Virus record (IMG/VR): IMGVR_UViG_3300034071_001673
Source: an uncultured virus (IMG/VR IMGVR_UViG_3300034071_001673)
Taxonomy: Duplodnaviria; Heunggongvirae; Uroviricota; Caudoviricetes
Length of the DNA: 64,000 nt
Strand: one strand, 5' to 3'
Part shown: positions 1 through 7,923 of the stretch, one piece after another
How the letters are laid out: every line of letters begins with the position of its first letter
Numbering within the stretch: position 1 is the stretch's first letter
Notes under the pieces: generated by a model
The model's input: only the letters and a program-made list of their open reading frames with translations
Told to the model about the DNA's origin: nothing
The model's database searches: none
Position numbers and translations under genes: made by a program

Positions 1-252
1 CCAACGCTTGAAGTGAAACTCATCCACATCCCATTCGTTTTTCTTAGGCTTGGCATTGGTAGAACGAAGATGCTCAGGAACATCCTCATCTTCGGTATAA
101 GGTGCGCCATGAGTAGTCTTGCGCAACTGCTTGAGCATAGGATGAATGATCTCAGCAAGAGTATGATCCATGCTCCATGTATCCCATGGATCAATATGAA
201 TGGACTTCTTTTGCTCACCCTTTTTAGGATACTTGCCAATTGAAATCTTCAT
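1..252 (-). CDS. Phage hypothetical protein, 3' end runs off window
   Basis: Read manually: MKISIGKYPKKGEQKKSIHIDPWDTWSMDHTLAEIIHPMLKQL...; ATG overlaps the stop of the upstream ORF; open to position 1. Confidence 0.75.
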   Translation of the reverse strand, partial: MKISIGKYPKKGEQKKSIHIDPWDTWSMDHTLAEIIHPMLKQLRKTTHGAPYTEDEDVPEHLRSTNAKPKKNEWDVDEFHFKRW

Positions 253-512
253 GACAGAAAATACCTCATGATTCCTGCAAACAAAATCACACCAATCACA
301 CCATTCAGAATCATCAATGCACGATCATTCCATCTAAATCCAACAAAGAACCAGCCAGCGGCACCAATCCAACTACAGATTAAATCTATGTATTGAAATT
401 GAGTTAAGCCGCTGGCTCGAACTGTGATACCAACAAGTGTGATAATACTTGCTGTCCATTTCACATACCAAGTTATGTCATACTTGGGAGTGACTGAATT
501 TACTTTTGTCAC
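249..512 (-). CDS. Small multi-pass membrane protein (DUF6552-like)
   Basis: 87 aa with three hydrophobic segments; WYVKWTAS and WNDRAL motifs. Confidence 0.7.
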   Translation of the reverse strand: MTKVNSVTPKYDITWYVKWTASIITLVGITVRASGLTQFQYIDLICSWIGAAGWFFVGFRWNDRALMILNGVIGVILFAGIMRYFLS

Positions 513-598
513 GACTTCTTACGACGCGCTGCTCGTTTCTTAGAACCTAGTTTAGCGCGACCTTTGCCATGTCGTTTTGTTCCTGTTTTGGCTGGCAT
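509..598 (-). CDS. 29-aa very basic peptide
   Basis: Not in ORF track: MPAKTGTKRHGKGRAKLGSKKRAARRKKS; SD GAGGTG just upstream; stop overlaps the next start (GTGA). Confidence 0.65.
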   Translation of the reverse strand: MPAKTGTKRHGKGRAKLGSKKRAARRKKS

Positions 599-606
599 GA
601 ATCACC

Positions 607-909
607 TCACGGAGCAAATGGATCTACTGGGGCAGTAGAGGGTGCGGCGAAGTCTGTATGACTTGTGCCGTTACCAAATTCAAGATCAAGTTGTTTGTCA
701 TTGACCTTGAAATCATTCACAACATCAAAACGATCGCCGATTTCAAACTTGTATCCGATTGCTTGCATGAAATTCATAAACTCATCAAGCATTTCAGGCA
801 CACTCAAATCGTTATCTTCAAGTTCAACAACGACTCGTTTGTTAGAAGTCTCATCCCAAAAACGACCATCGCTCAACTTACCAGAATATTCAAATCTAAC
901 ATTAGCCAT
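607..909 (-). CDS. Hypothetical protein
   Basis: 100 aa ORF in operon orientation with AGGTG SD. Confidence 0.7.
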   Translation of the reverse strand: MANVRFEYSGKLSDGRFWDETSNKRVVVELEDNDLSVPEMLDEFMNFMQAIGYKFEIGDRFDVVNDFKVNDKQLDLEFGNGTSHTDFAAPSTAPVDPFAP

Positions 910-919
910 AATTCACCTA

Positions 920-1108
920 TCAGTTATTTGCGGAATACGTCTTTATATATTCGCGTTCTTTACATTCTTCCATTATACGCTGTTTTTCTGACAAAGGCAA
1001 CTTGTACCAGTCAGTTATCTCTGCCACAGTGCGAAAACACCCGACGCAATATTCACGTCGGGTGTCTAGTTTGCATATAGTCTTACAAGGACTGATCAGA
1101 GTTTCCAC
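920..1108 (-). CDS. DUF1289-like small Cys-rich protein
   Basis: SPCKTICKLD...CVGCFRTVAEITDW pattern. Confidence 0.75.
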   Translation of the reverse strand: METLISPCKTICKLDTRREYCVGCFRTVAEITDWYKLPLSEKQRIMEECKEREYIKTYSANN

Positions 1109-1305
1109 TTGTCTTCAAGAGTGAACTTGTTGACATAATAATCATATACAGACCAAGCAAGACTACCAATCAAACCCAAAGCAATAACGATCATCCCAAA
1201 CTTCGGACCGAGTTGGTCGAGAAGAACATAACATCCACAGAAAATGATACTAAAATAAACAAGAAATTTTCCAGTTTCAATAGCAGCCTTTGAACGAATA
1301 CTCAT
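1096..1305 (-). CDS. Small membrane protein
   Basis: 69 aa, two hydrophobic helices. Confidence 0.65.
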   Translation of the reverse strand: MSIRSKAAIETGKFLVYFSIIFCGCYVLLDQLGPKFGMIVIALGLIGSLAWSVYDYYVNKFTLEDKWKL

Positions 1306-1308
1306 AAA

Positions 1309-1473
1309 TTAATCCTCGTCAGATGAATGATGTGATTGTTTCGGGACAACCACTTTCCCGCATCGTTTGCAAGTTTTGTTTACAAGGATGTCAAAGGGAT
1401 AGTAACTGCAACGACTGGGTCGCCACAATCCTTCCCATTTATGCAGACCAAAGAAACAGAGAATTTTACCCAC
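1309..1473 (-). CDS. Small Cys/His protein (DUF1660-like)
   Basis: Not in ORF track: GTG start, MGKILCFFGLHKW...TCKRCGK, 54 aa, fills the gap between neighbours. Confidence 0.6.
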   Translation of the reverse strand: MGKILCFFGLHKWEGLWRPSRCSYYPFDILVNKTCKRCGKVVVPKQSHHSSDED

Positions 1474-1786
1474 GGCGCATTCTCGAGATATCTTTCATCT
1501 GCTCTTCGTCGATGACAGGCACTGCATTCGACTTGTGCATCGTAGCAATACCCTTCACCAGAGTGCCTGTATACATCAGGCTCTCTCTTTTCTCTGTAAA
1601 GACTTTATCAGAGTTCAGCGACTGAACACTGCGAGCAGCATCAGCACCAACTCGTGACCCATAAGAAAGGCTCGGCAATTTCTCAACACCGAGAATCGCC
1701 GAGGACTTGTTATACTTTTTTGCAACTACACCCTTCTGCTTACGCTTCTTCTTTGGTTTGAAACGTGCAGCGCAATAGATCATCAT
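1466..1786 (-). CDS. Conserved T4-like phage hypothetical protein
   Basis: 106 aa, C-terminal YTGTLVKGIATMHKSNAVPV motif. Confidence 0.75.
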   Translation of the reverse strand: MMIYCAARFKPKKKRKQKGVVAKKYNKSSAILGVEKLPSLSYGSRVGADAARSVQSLNSDKVFTEKRESLMYTGTLVKGIATMHKSNAVPVIDEEQMKDISRMRRG

Positions 1787-1971
1787 ACAGGATACTTCTC
1801 GTTGTGACCTTGATAAAACAATTCAAGAGAATCAACCTTCGTTCGCACCTCATGCGGCAAAGGCATGTCGTGAATCTTGGATAGAGAAATCATTTCACGA
1901 GCAAACTTCCGAAGAGTTTGCAACTCTTCAATTGTGCCGCGATTCAATACTTCAAAGTCACCTTCGCTCAT
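1783..1971 (-). CDS. Hypothetical protein
   Basis: 62 aa, ATGA-coupled to neighbours. Confidence 0.65.
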   Translation of the reverse strand: MSEGDFEVLNRGTIEELQTLRKFAREMISLSKIHDMPLPHEVRTKVDSLELFYQGHNEKYPV

Positions 1972-2189
1972 ACTTTTTCCACCAGTTTAGATAAAGTGTA
2001 ATCAGCAATCTTTGCTCGAATCATGGAAGGAATATCAGTGTACGGATCTTCCAAGAAATAAGAGCAACCACTCGTCCAACTATTATACTTGACAAATCTA
2101 GCAAAATCAATCATATGTTTGCGATTGCTAGGATCAAATTGAACTCTTGCTTTTGCTGCAAGAACAGAACGACGATATTCATTTGTCAT
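1968..2189 (-). CDS. Hypothetical protein
   Basis: 73 aa, translationally coupled. Confidence 0.7.
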   Translation of the reverse strand: MTNEYRRSVLAAKARVQFDPSNRKHMIDFARFVKYNSWTSGCSYFLEDPYTDIPSMIRAKIADYTLSKLVEKV

Positions 2190-2295
2190 CGTAAAAATAC
2201 CTGTCTTTTCGTTTGGCTGGGATACAGATTAGTATACCTGAAACGAATCCGCAAAGAAACATCAACACACCGAAGATGAATCCATTATCTTCCAT
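2179..2295 (-). CDS. Small single-TM peptide
   Basis: Not in ORF track: MEDNGFIFGVLMFLCGFVSGILICIPAKRKDRYFYDDK, 38 aa, fills the gap. Confidence 0.55.
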   Translation of the reverse strand: MEDNGFIFGVLMFLCGFVSGILICIPAKRKDRYFYDDK

Positions 2296-2489
2296 CAACC
2301 TTCACCTTCTCGCGGCTCAGTGGCAAGAGTATCAATTACATCCCAACCCAATTCAACCAAACGGTCTTGAACATGATCAGGATTGGCACCACGCAACTCT
2401 TCTGGAGTGAATATCACAACTGCATATCCAAGACGTTGCATTTTAACACAAAGTTCAAAGACTTTGCTTTCTGTCATTACATCGCTCAT
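2295..2489 (-). CDS. Hypothetical early protein
   Basis: 64 aa, coupled start/stop. Confidence 0.65.
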   Translation of the reverse strand: MSDVMTESKVFELCVKMQRLGYAVVIFTPEELRGANPDHVQDRLVELGWDVIDTLATEPREGEG

Positions 2490-2722
2490 TAGTAATGCTC
2501 CGCATTGTAATCAACATCACCTGGATCAAAGACAAGATCATCATAACTGACCATGTCAGTATCGTATTCATTGTAATCAACATCACGATTCTCATATGCT
2601 GCGAGAATCTCATTTACTTCAGTCAGTGACAAGCCAGTGATCTTTGCAATCTCTGCTTCCTTGAGCCCATCGTGACGATGCATCTCGATGACATCAATCT
2701 CTAAATTTTTGAAGTATCCCAT
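2489..2722 (-). CDS. Small acidic protein with possible HTH
   Basis: GLKEAEIAKITGLSLTEVNEIL resembles an HTH. Confidence 0.65.
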   Translation of the reverse strand: MGYFKNLEIDVIEMHRHDGLKEAEIAKITGLSLTEVNEILAAYENRDVDYNEYDTDMVSYDDLVFDPGDVDYNAEHY

Positions 2723-2946
2723 TAGAACGGCACCCCTTCACCCATCGGAATCTTGTTCAAGTCTTGTTGCGTCTTGCGATCACCAACAACAAGCAGTGCA
2801 TGACACGCACGCTCAAGTTTCTCCGCAAGATCATAACAGTTCTTGGCACTCAGATCATACTGAGTCATGGTGTTCGCCAGAACATGATCGACACCATTCA
2901 CCAGATCGATCGCCTCACTCAGCAAAGTTTCAGTTTGCTTTCTCAT
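2722..2946 (-). CDS. Hypothetical early protein
   Basis: 74 aa, TAATG coupling. Confidence 0.65.
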   Translation of the reverse strand: MRKQTETLLSEAIDLVNGVDHVLANTMTQYDLSAKNCYDLAEKLERACHALLVVGDRKTQQDLNKIPMGEGVPF

Positions 2947-2947
2947 A

Positions 2948-3157
2948 TTATTCCCACTCCTTAAAATTTTGATCTGCTTCGTTCATATCAAAGCCAAAAT
3001 TGTACTCAGCAATTTGCTGGGCAGTCATGAATCGCTCAGGAATCTCATCACTCAAATACGTCGCATCAGTGAAGAAGTGCGGACGACGAGGACGACGATA
3101 GTAACTGTCAGCAGAACCACGGTCATACGGACCGCCATGTCGTTTGTCGATGTTCAT
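2948..3157 (-). CDS. Conserved phage hypothetical protein
   Basis: RHGGPYDRGSADSYYRR motif typical of phage early ORFs. Confidence 0.7.
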   Translation of the reverse strand: MNIDKRHGGPYDRGSADSYYRRPRRPHFFTDATYLSDEIPERFMTAQQIAEYNFGFDMNEADQNFKEWE

Positions 3158-3447
3158 TATGCAGCCACCGACGAGTCACGCCACACAACCTGCACGCGAG
3201 GAGCAGCATTCTTTTCTTCAGCCAGATCGTCGAAGAAAGAATTGCCAGGCAACGGAGCGACGAAAGTATCCGAGAGGATTTTCTTGTCAGCATTGCCCTG
3301 CCACACACGCTGGACGGTGCGAGCACGGAAAGTGCCGTCCATCTCGCTGATGCCGATCACGACACCAACATAATAACAGTCATTGACACCAACGAAGTCA
3401 AGAGACTTGACAACGTCACCAATTTTCACAGTGTTTTCGTATTTCAT
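3157..3447 (-). CDS. Hypothetical early protein, first gene of the early operon
   Basis: 96 aa; ATG 6 nt after a TATAAT -10 box. Confidence 0.7.
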   Translation of the reverse strand: MKYENTVKIGDVVKSLDFVGVNDCYYVGVVIGISEMDGTFRARTVQRVWQGNADKKILSDTFVAPLPGNSFFDDLAEEKNAAPRVQVVWRDSSVAA

Positions 3448-3453
3448 AAGACA

Positions 3454-3513
3454 ATTATAGCATTTTTAGACGTTTTTAGCAACAGTAAAAACTCTTGCAA
3501 AATCAATAACTTA
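3454..3513 (-). promoter_or_regulatory. Early sigma70 promoter with upstream IHF site (copy 1)
   Basis: TTGCTA(3482-3477)-17-TATAAT(3459-3454); AATCAATAACTTA at 3501-3513 matches IHF consensus WATCAANNNNTTR. Confidence 0.75.
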
Positions 3514-3685
3514 CGAGCACGCTTTCGAAGGTGCGAAGAGCATCCTCGAAACACATGTCTGGAAGGTCGATTTTGTTGCCTGTAACACGGCATTCTATCT
3601 GATAATGATAATCGCCCACATACCACAGCGTGTGGCGGTCACCGAATAAGTCGTTCCCAGAAGTCATGTATTTCATGTATGTCAT
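3503..3685 (-). CDS. Hypothetical early protein
   Basis: Start revised to ATG at 3685 (MTYMKYMTSG...), 6 nt after the -10 box. Confidence 0.6.
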   Translation of the reverse strand: MTYMKYMTSGNDLFGDRHTLWYVGDYHYQIECRVTGNKIDLPDMCFEDALRTFESVLVSY

Positions 3686-3691
3686 ACAACA

Positions 3692-3751
3692 ATTGTCGTA
3701 TAAAATACAGGAAAACACAACAGAAAAAATCTGAATAAAATCAATAACTTA
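3692..3751 (-). promoter_or_regulatory. Early promoter with IHF site (copy 2)
   Basis: TTGTGT-17-GACAAT; AATCAATAACTTA at 3739-3751. Confidence 0.7.
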
Positions 3752-3792
3752 CGACACCCTCTCTCGCCGAGGAGAGAGCCGAGAGAGCGGTC

Positions 3793-4284
3793 CTAGAATG
3801 GCGGTTCCCCTAGTTCTGGGGGGAGGTCGAAATAGCGTATTCGGACTCCTGCCTCGCGCAGCATGACTTCTGCGTGCTCGATCGAGTAATGCTTTCCTGC
3901 ACCCTTACCAGAGAATGGTCGGTTTGGTCCGATGACTTCTTTGATTCCTGCTTGGATCAATGCGCGTGTGCAATCAGCGCATGGCTTTGGTTCCCAGTTT
4001 AGATATGCACGAGAATTGTTGAGTGAAACACCAACACGTGCGGCGTTGAAGATTGCATTGCGTTCAGCATGCTCAACCCAGTGATACTTTTCTGGACTCT
4101 TCCAACGATCTTTCCAATCTTCTTCAATGCCTCTTGGAAAGCCATTAAAACCCGTCGACAAGATGACATTATCATCATTGACGATTACACACCCCACCTT
4201 TGTCGACGGATCCTTGCTTTTCTGAGCGATCAGAGTAGCCTGTAAGATAAACAATTCATCCCACGATAGTTCATCACGAATCAT
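3793..4284 (-). CDS. cd: dCMP deaminase
   Basis: SKDPSTKVGCVIV, HAERNAI and PCADC zinc motifs. Confidence 0.95.
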   Translation of the reverse strand: MIRDELSWDELFILQATLIAQKSKDPSTKVGCVIVNDDNVILSTGFNGFPRGIEEDWKDRWKSPEKYHWVEHAERNAIFNAARVGVSLNNSRAYLNWEPKPCADCTRALIQAGIKEVIGPNRPFSGKGAGKHYSIEHAEVMLREAGVRIRYFDLPPELGEPPF

Positions 4285-4300
4285 AATATAATCTCAATGG

Positions 4301-4741
4301 TTATTTAATTTCAATCTTACGAGGTTTCTGTTCTTCAGGAATGACATTTTCTAATTCAATAGAAAGAATGCCATCAGCAAGATTTGCATCACGAACCACT
4401 ACTGTGTCTGATAAAACAAATTGGCGTGAGAACTTACGACCAGCAATACCCTTTACAAGATAGTTGCGTTCTTCTTCCTCAGCCTTTTTGCCTGTGACTT
4501 TGAGAGAGTTTCTCTCAGCAGTGATTTCAATCTCATCTTGTTTGTATCCAGCAACTGCAAGTTCAATGATAAAATTATATTCGTCTTTCTTGACGATGTT
4601 CACTGGAGGAAATGCAGTTTGAGATGCTGTAAGTAGATGAGCAGCATTATCGAGAGCAGCGAAAGCATTTTCAAACCCAAGAGCGGTTGGAAGAAGGCGA
4701 TCGAGTCCGTATGCGGATGTGAGTGTAGTGATATTTGTCAT
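4301..4741 (-). CDS. hsp20: Small heat shock protein Hsp20 (IbpA-like)
   Basis: FPPVNIVK, IELAVAGY, GIAGRKFSRQF, DGILSIEL, PEEQKPRKIEI. Confidence 0.95.
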   Translation of the reverse strand: MTNITTLTSAYGLDRLLPTALGFENAFAALDNAAHLLTASQTAFPPVNIVKKDEYNFIIELAVAGYKQDEIEITAERNSLKVTGKKAEEEERNYLVKGIAGRKFSRQFVLSDTVVVRDANLADGILSIELENVIPEEQKPRKIEIK

Positions 4742-4746
4742 TTTGT

Positions 4747-4807
4747 AACTCCTTTAATAAGCAAGTTTATAGTTATGGACCCCTTATGGGCATCCAATTC
4801 TATTTAG
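4747..4807 (-). promoter_or_regulatory. hsp20 leader: late promoter, 5' hairpin and ROSE-like SD-sequestering hairpin
   Basis: CTAAATA at 4807-4801; UGGAUGCCCAUAAGGGGUCCA; AACUUGCUUAUUAAAGGAGUU with UUGCU opposite AGGAG. Confidence 0.6.
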
Positions 4808-5376
4808 GCAGCATTAACACCTGTGCTGCCAAATCCGCCAGATCTTTCAGAATGTTTTTCTGGTTTTGATGCGATTACTTTAAAAGCAAATTGGCTATTG
4901 GTAATAACTTCAGCCTGAGCAATGCGATCACCGCGACGAATTGTCTGATGCATCTTCGAAATGTTTGTCAAAAGCACAAACACTTCTTCTTGATAATCAA
5001 CATCAACGATTCCTTCCGAGTTCGCTAGGATCAATCCTTTCTTAAGCGAAAGTCCTGAACGAGGATGAAGGCGAATGCTGTAATTCTGAAGTGGAAGTTC
5101 ATCATCATGTCGTGCAATATCTGCAAATGTTTCAATTGTAACATAACGTTCGATCTTGAAAATTAATCCAGTCGGAATCAATAAACGATCGCCTGGATAG
5201 ATGGAGATTTCTCCAAATCCGTTTACATCTCGTTCAATAGGTGCGTTGAATGAGTCATATCCAGTTACAACATTTGATGTTGGTTGGAATGACAAATCAA
5301 AACAGTTTGCTAAAGAAGTGCCGTATGTTGGAAGTTCAATATCATCACGAAGTTTATACACATTCATCACAATCAT
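4804..5376 (-). CDS. dut: dUTPase (trimeric)
   Basis: PRSGL, GIVDVDY, GDRIAQ, RSGGFGSTG motifs. Confidence 0.95.
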   Translation of the reverse strand: MIVMNVYKLRDDIELPTYGTSLANCFDLSFQPTSNVVTGYDSFNAPIERDVNGFGEISIYPGDRLLIPTGLIFKIERYVTIETFADIARHDDELPLQNYSIRLHPRSGLSLKKGLILANSEGIVDVDYQEEVFVLLTNISKMHQTIRRGDRIAQAEVITNSQFAFKVIASKPEKHSERSGGFGSTGVNAA

Positions 5377-5379
5377 AAA

Positions 5380-5781
5380 TCAACCTTCCTTCTTTTTCTT
5401 CCCGATTGTATATTTTGAGACCAATTGCCAATCGTTTTTCTCTTTGAATGGAAGAATCTTGATTTGGCTTAATGGTGCGACATTATCCTTTGTCTTATCT
5501 GGATCGACGAGTTTTACCAAACCCCACTCAGCCATTAGATTCGCAATCGTGTTGCGACGTTGAATGTCATTGTCTGACATATTGGATGGCTTACCGTCTA
5601 ATTCAAAGAGTTCTTTGAAATGAACGATATAATACTTACCTTGTTTATGGAGAATGTGGCAGGATTGATAGAGAATATTGTCATTTTTTGCAGCCACACC
5701 AATGCGAGTGAGAGTCTCGCGCACTTTCAAAAAATCATCTTGTTGCTCAAGAGTGACTTCAACTAGTTTATCAACGCTCAT
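5380..5781 (-). CDS. regA: Translational repressor RegA
   Basis: DDFLKVRETLTRIGVA, LYQSCHILHKQGKYYIVHFKELF; follows gp62. Confidence 0.97.
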   Translation of the reverse strand: MSVDKLVEVTLEQQDDFLKVRETLTRIGVAAKNDNILYQSCHILHKQGKYYIVHFKELFELDGKPSNMSDNDIQRRNTIANLMAEWGLVKLVDPDKTKDNVAPLSQIKILPFKEKNDWQLVSKYTIGKKKKEG

Positions 5782-5784
5782 GTT

Positions 5785-6162
5785 CTAACCCTTATATAAT
5801 TGTTTTTTTATCAAATCGATCTGAGCGTCGTCTAGAATTTTTAATGCTTCCTCTGCCTTTGCATCGGAGTATCCATAATATTCTTTGACCGCATCCAAAT
5901 CGCTGCTCTTAACCCTTTTGTGCCATTTACTATATTGGCGCTTCTGGGCTCGTATTATATTTAGGAGAAAATCATATTTGAGTTTATTGTCGAGATTCGG
6001 ATACTTATTCATCTCGTTCGCGATCAGAGCGGTATCTCGATGAAACGAGAGTGCTCGATTCACCATAAATGAGGAATATGATTTTTCGTCCTGCTCCGTC
6101 AGGAGAGCATATTCTTTCGTCTGCAGAATCGACGGGATAATTTCTTTAAATAGATCAGCCAT
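5785..6162 (-). CDS. gp62: Clamp loader small subunit
   Basis: FMVNRALS, VKEYYGYSDAKAEEALKIL; synteny gp44-gp62-regA. Confidence 0.92.
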   Translation of the reverse strand: MADLFKEIIPSILQTKEYALLTEQDEKSYSSFMVNRALSFHRDTALIANEMNKYPNLDNKLKYDFLLNIIRAQKRQYSKWHKRVKSSDLDAVKEYYGYSDAKAEEALKILDDAQIDLIKKQLYKG

Positions 6163-7093
6163 TGAACTTACACTCCACCATCATCTCAGTGAGACATGCG
6201 GTGAGATTCAGTTCCTGATCTGCGACAAAAGCCGATTGATATTGATACTTGGCGAGAATCAAGACAGCATTCGGAATCGTAGACTTATCCATAATGTCGT
6301 AAAGACTATCATAAATCTTACGATAAATTTTCGCAGGATCATCGCCACCGAAATCAGCAACCCACTTACGCATCGCGCTGAAGTTTTGATCTTTGAGGGA
6401 TGTGACAAGATCATTCAAAGATACATCAGCAATGCTCGTCAGAATACCAGTATCAATCTTACCACTGACACTGTAACGCTGCAACTCATTCAGAACGCGA
6501 CGATAATCTGGAAAATGTTTCTTGACAACTTCAGCGAGGACAGATTTGTCAAATGGAACTTTTTCTGTAGTAAGAATTTCTGATGCACGTTTCATGAACG
6601 CCATTGCCATCTTTGGCTTATCTTCTTTGCGCAACTTGAATTCAATTACAGCACATCGACTATGCAAAGGTTCAATGATACGATTCTTAAAGTTGCAAGT
6701 CATAATGAAAGTACAGTTATGCGCAAACTCTTCCATAGCAGCACGCATGGCTGGCTGAGTTGAGTTTGGATTCAAATAATCTGCTTCATCAATGATGATA
6801 ACTTTCTTCCCACCAGTCATCGACATCGCGCTTGCATAGTTCTTGATCTTGACTCTGAAAGTATCAATACCTGATTCATCCGAGCCATTGATCATTAGAT
6901 AATCACAACCGATCTCATCGCACAATGCACGAGCAACGGTAGTCTTACCTGTTCCTGGAGTGCCACAAAGCAAGAGATGAGGAATCTCTTTGCGATCAAC
7001 ATAAGATTGGAAAGTTGCCTTGTATTCATCAGGAAGAATACAATCGGCAATAGTATGAGGACGGTATTTTTCAACCCACAACGCTTCATTCAT
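6155..7093 (-). CDS. gp44: Clamp loader large subunit (RFC-like AAA+)
   Basis: LWVEKYRP, GTPGTGKTT, IIDEAD, SRC motif. Confidence 0.97.
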   Translation of the reverse strand: MNEALWVEKYRPHTIADCILPDEYKATFQSYVDRKEIPHLLLCGTPGTGKTTVARALCDEIGCDYLMINGSDESGIDTFRVKIKNYASAMSMTGGKKVIIIDEADYLNPNSTQPAMRAAMEEFAHNCTFIMTCNFKNRIIEPLHSRCAVIEFKLRKEDKPKMAMAFMKRASEILTTEKVPFDKSVLAEVVKKHFPDYRRVLNELQRYSVSGKIDTGILTSIADVSLNDLVTSLKDQNFSAMRKWVADFGGDDPAKIYRKIYDSLYDIMDKSTIPNAVLILAKYQYQSAFVADQELNLTACLTEMMVECKFNG

Positions 7094-7111
7094 AATATAA
7101 CTCCTGATTGT

Positions 7112-7432
7112 TTATTCAGTCACTATTCTACGCCATTTTCCGTTTGTCATCAAGTACATCTCGCCATCAGGACCGACGGTCATACTTGCGGTTACATGCT
7201 TTTGTGTTCCTGGAACAAATTTGGGACCACAACTGATAGTGCCGTCTGGTGATGCAAGTTCACCATACTCAGTGCCAATGTTTAACTTGCCATTGTAACC
7301 AGCGGCTTTAATTTCTTCTATTGCCTTACACTTATCAGCATCAGGAAGAACAGCGGCGGCGGCTACAATACCACCGCCAGCAACACCACCAGCAAGACCA
7401 AGATACTTGAAAAAATTACGCCTTGTTGCCAT
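7112..7432 (-). CDS. Protein with twin-arginine (Tat) signal peptide
   Basis: Start revised to 7432: MATRRNFFKYLGLAGGVAGGGIVAAAA. Confidence 0.7.
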   Translation of the reverse strand: MATRRNFFKYLGLAGGVAGGGIVAAAAVLPDADKCKAIEEIKAAGYNGKLNIGTEYGELASPDGTISCGPKFVPGTQKHVTASMTVGPDGEMYLMTNGKWRRIVTE

Positions 7433-7583
7433 ACTTATGCTCCCATATCGAATACAATCCAACGAACAACACCAACATTACAGGTGGTGCTGATGCAGGA
7501 ACCCAAAGAAAAAATGTGTTGACGAGAGCGAATGCGGCGAATAAAAGAATAATAATCAATACTTTTAGATCATCTTTATGCAT
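7416..7583 (-). CDS. Small two-TM membrane protein
   Basis: Not in ORF track: MHKDDLKVLIIILLFAAFALVNTFFLWVPASAPPVMLVLFVGLYSIWEHKYGNKA; GGAG SD. Confidence 0.65.
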   Translation of the reverse strand: MHKDDLKVLIIILLFAAFALVNTFFLWVPASAPPVMLVLFVGLYSIWEHKYGNKA

Positions 7584-7602
7584 AATATAACTCCAAAGAG
7601 AA

Positions 7603-7680
7603 GATGGGACGGGGAAGGTGAACTCCCACGGCGAGCAGTCTGGCGGATAGTGCCGTCAAATTAGAGTATTGCGTCCCATC
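7603..7680 (-). ncRNA. Candidate structured RNA (78 nt, multi-stem)
   Basis: 9-bp closing stem GATGGGACG/CGTCCCATC; inner ACGGC/GCCGT and GGGAG-TTCAC-CTTCC stems; begins just after CTAAATA. Confidence 0.45.
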
Positions 7681-7684
7681 TAGT

Positions 7685-7921
7685 TTATTTAGCCACGTTT
7701 TCGTAAATGGTTTGGAAGTCACTCTGTTCTGCAACTTCTTCCTCATAATTACGTTTGTGATAAACCTTTGCCAGTTTGCGAGACAACTTCTTTGGAATCT
7801 CACATTCGTCTTGCATTTTCTGGAGAATCTCTTTAATCAGATCGCGTTCAGCCTCAATGCGAGTTAACGAGTTTGAGATTTCTTGAAGGCATCCCAAAAC
7901 CTTTGCTTTATCAAGTGCCAT
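7685..7921 (-). CDS. dsbA: dsDNA-binding protein, T4 DsbA-like
   Basis: 78 aa; EISNSLTRIEAERDLIKEI...KLAKVYHKRNYEEE. Confidence 0.75.
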   Translation of the reverse strand: MALDKAKVLGCLQEISNSLTRIEAERDLIKEILQKMQDECEIPKKLSRKLAKVYHKRNYEEEVAEQSDFQTIYENVAK

Positions 7922-7923
7922 GA

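Noticed and set aside
3759..3787. CTCTCTC/GAGAGAG hairpin after dCMP deaminase as a terminator
   Set aside because: The stem is plausible but has no U-tract and the sequence is low complexity, so it was not called.
7603..7680. Canonical tRNA gene or known riboswitch/ribozyme
   Set aside because: No proper D arm, anticodon loop or 7-nt T loop; no hammerhead or ZTP core recognised. Kept only as a candidate ncRNA.
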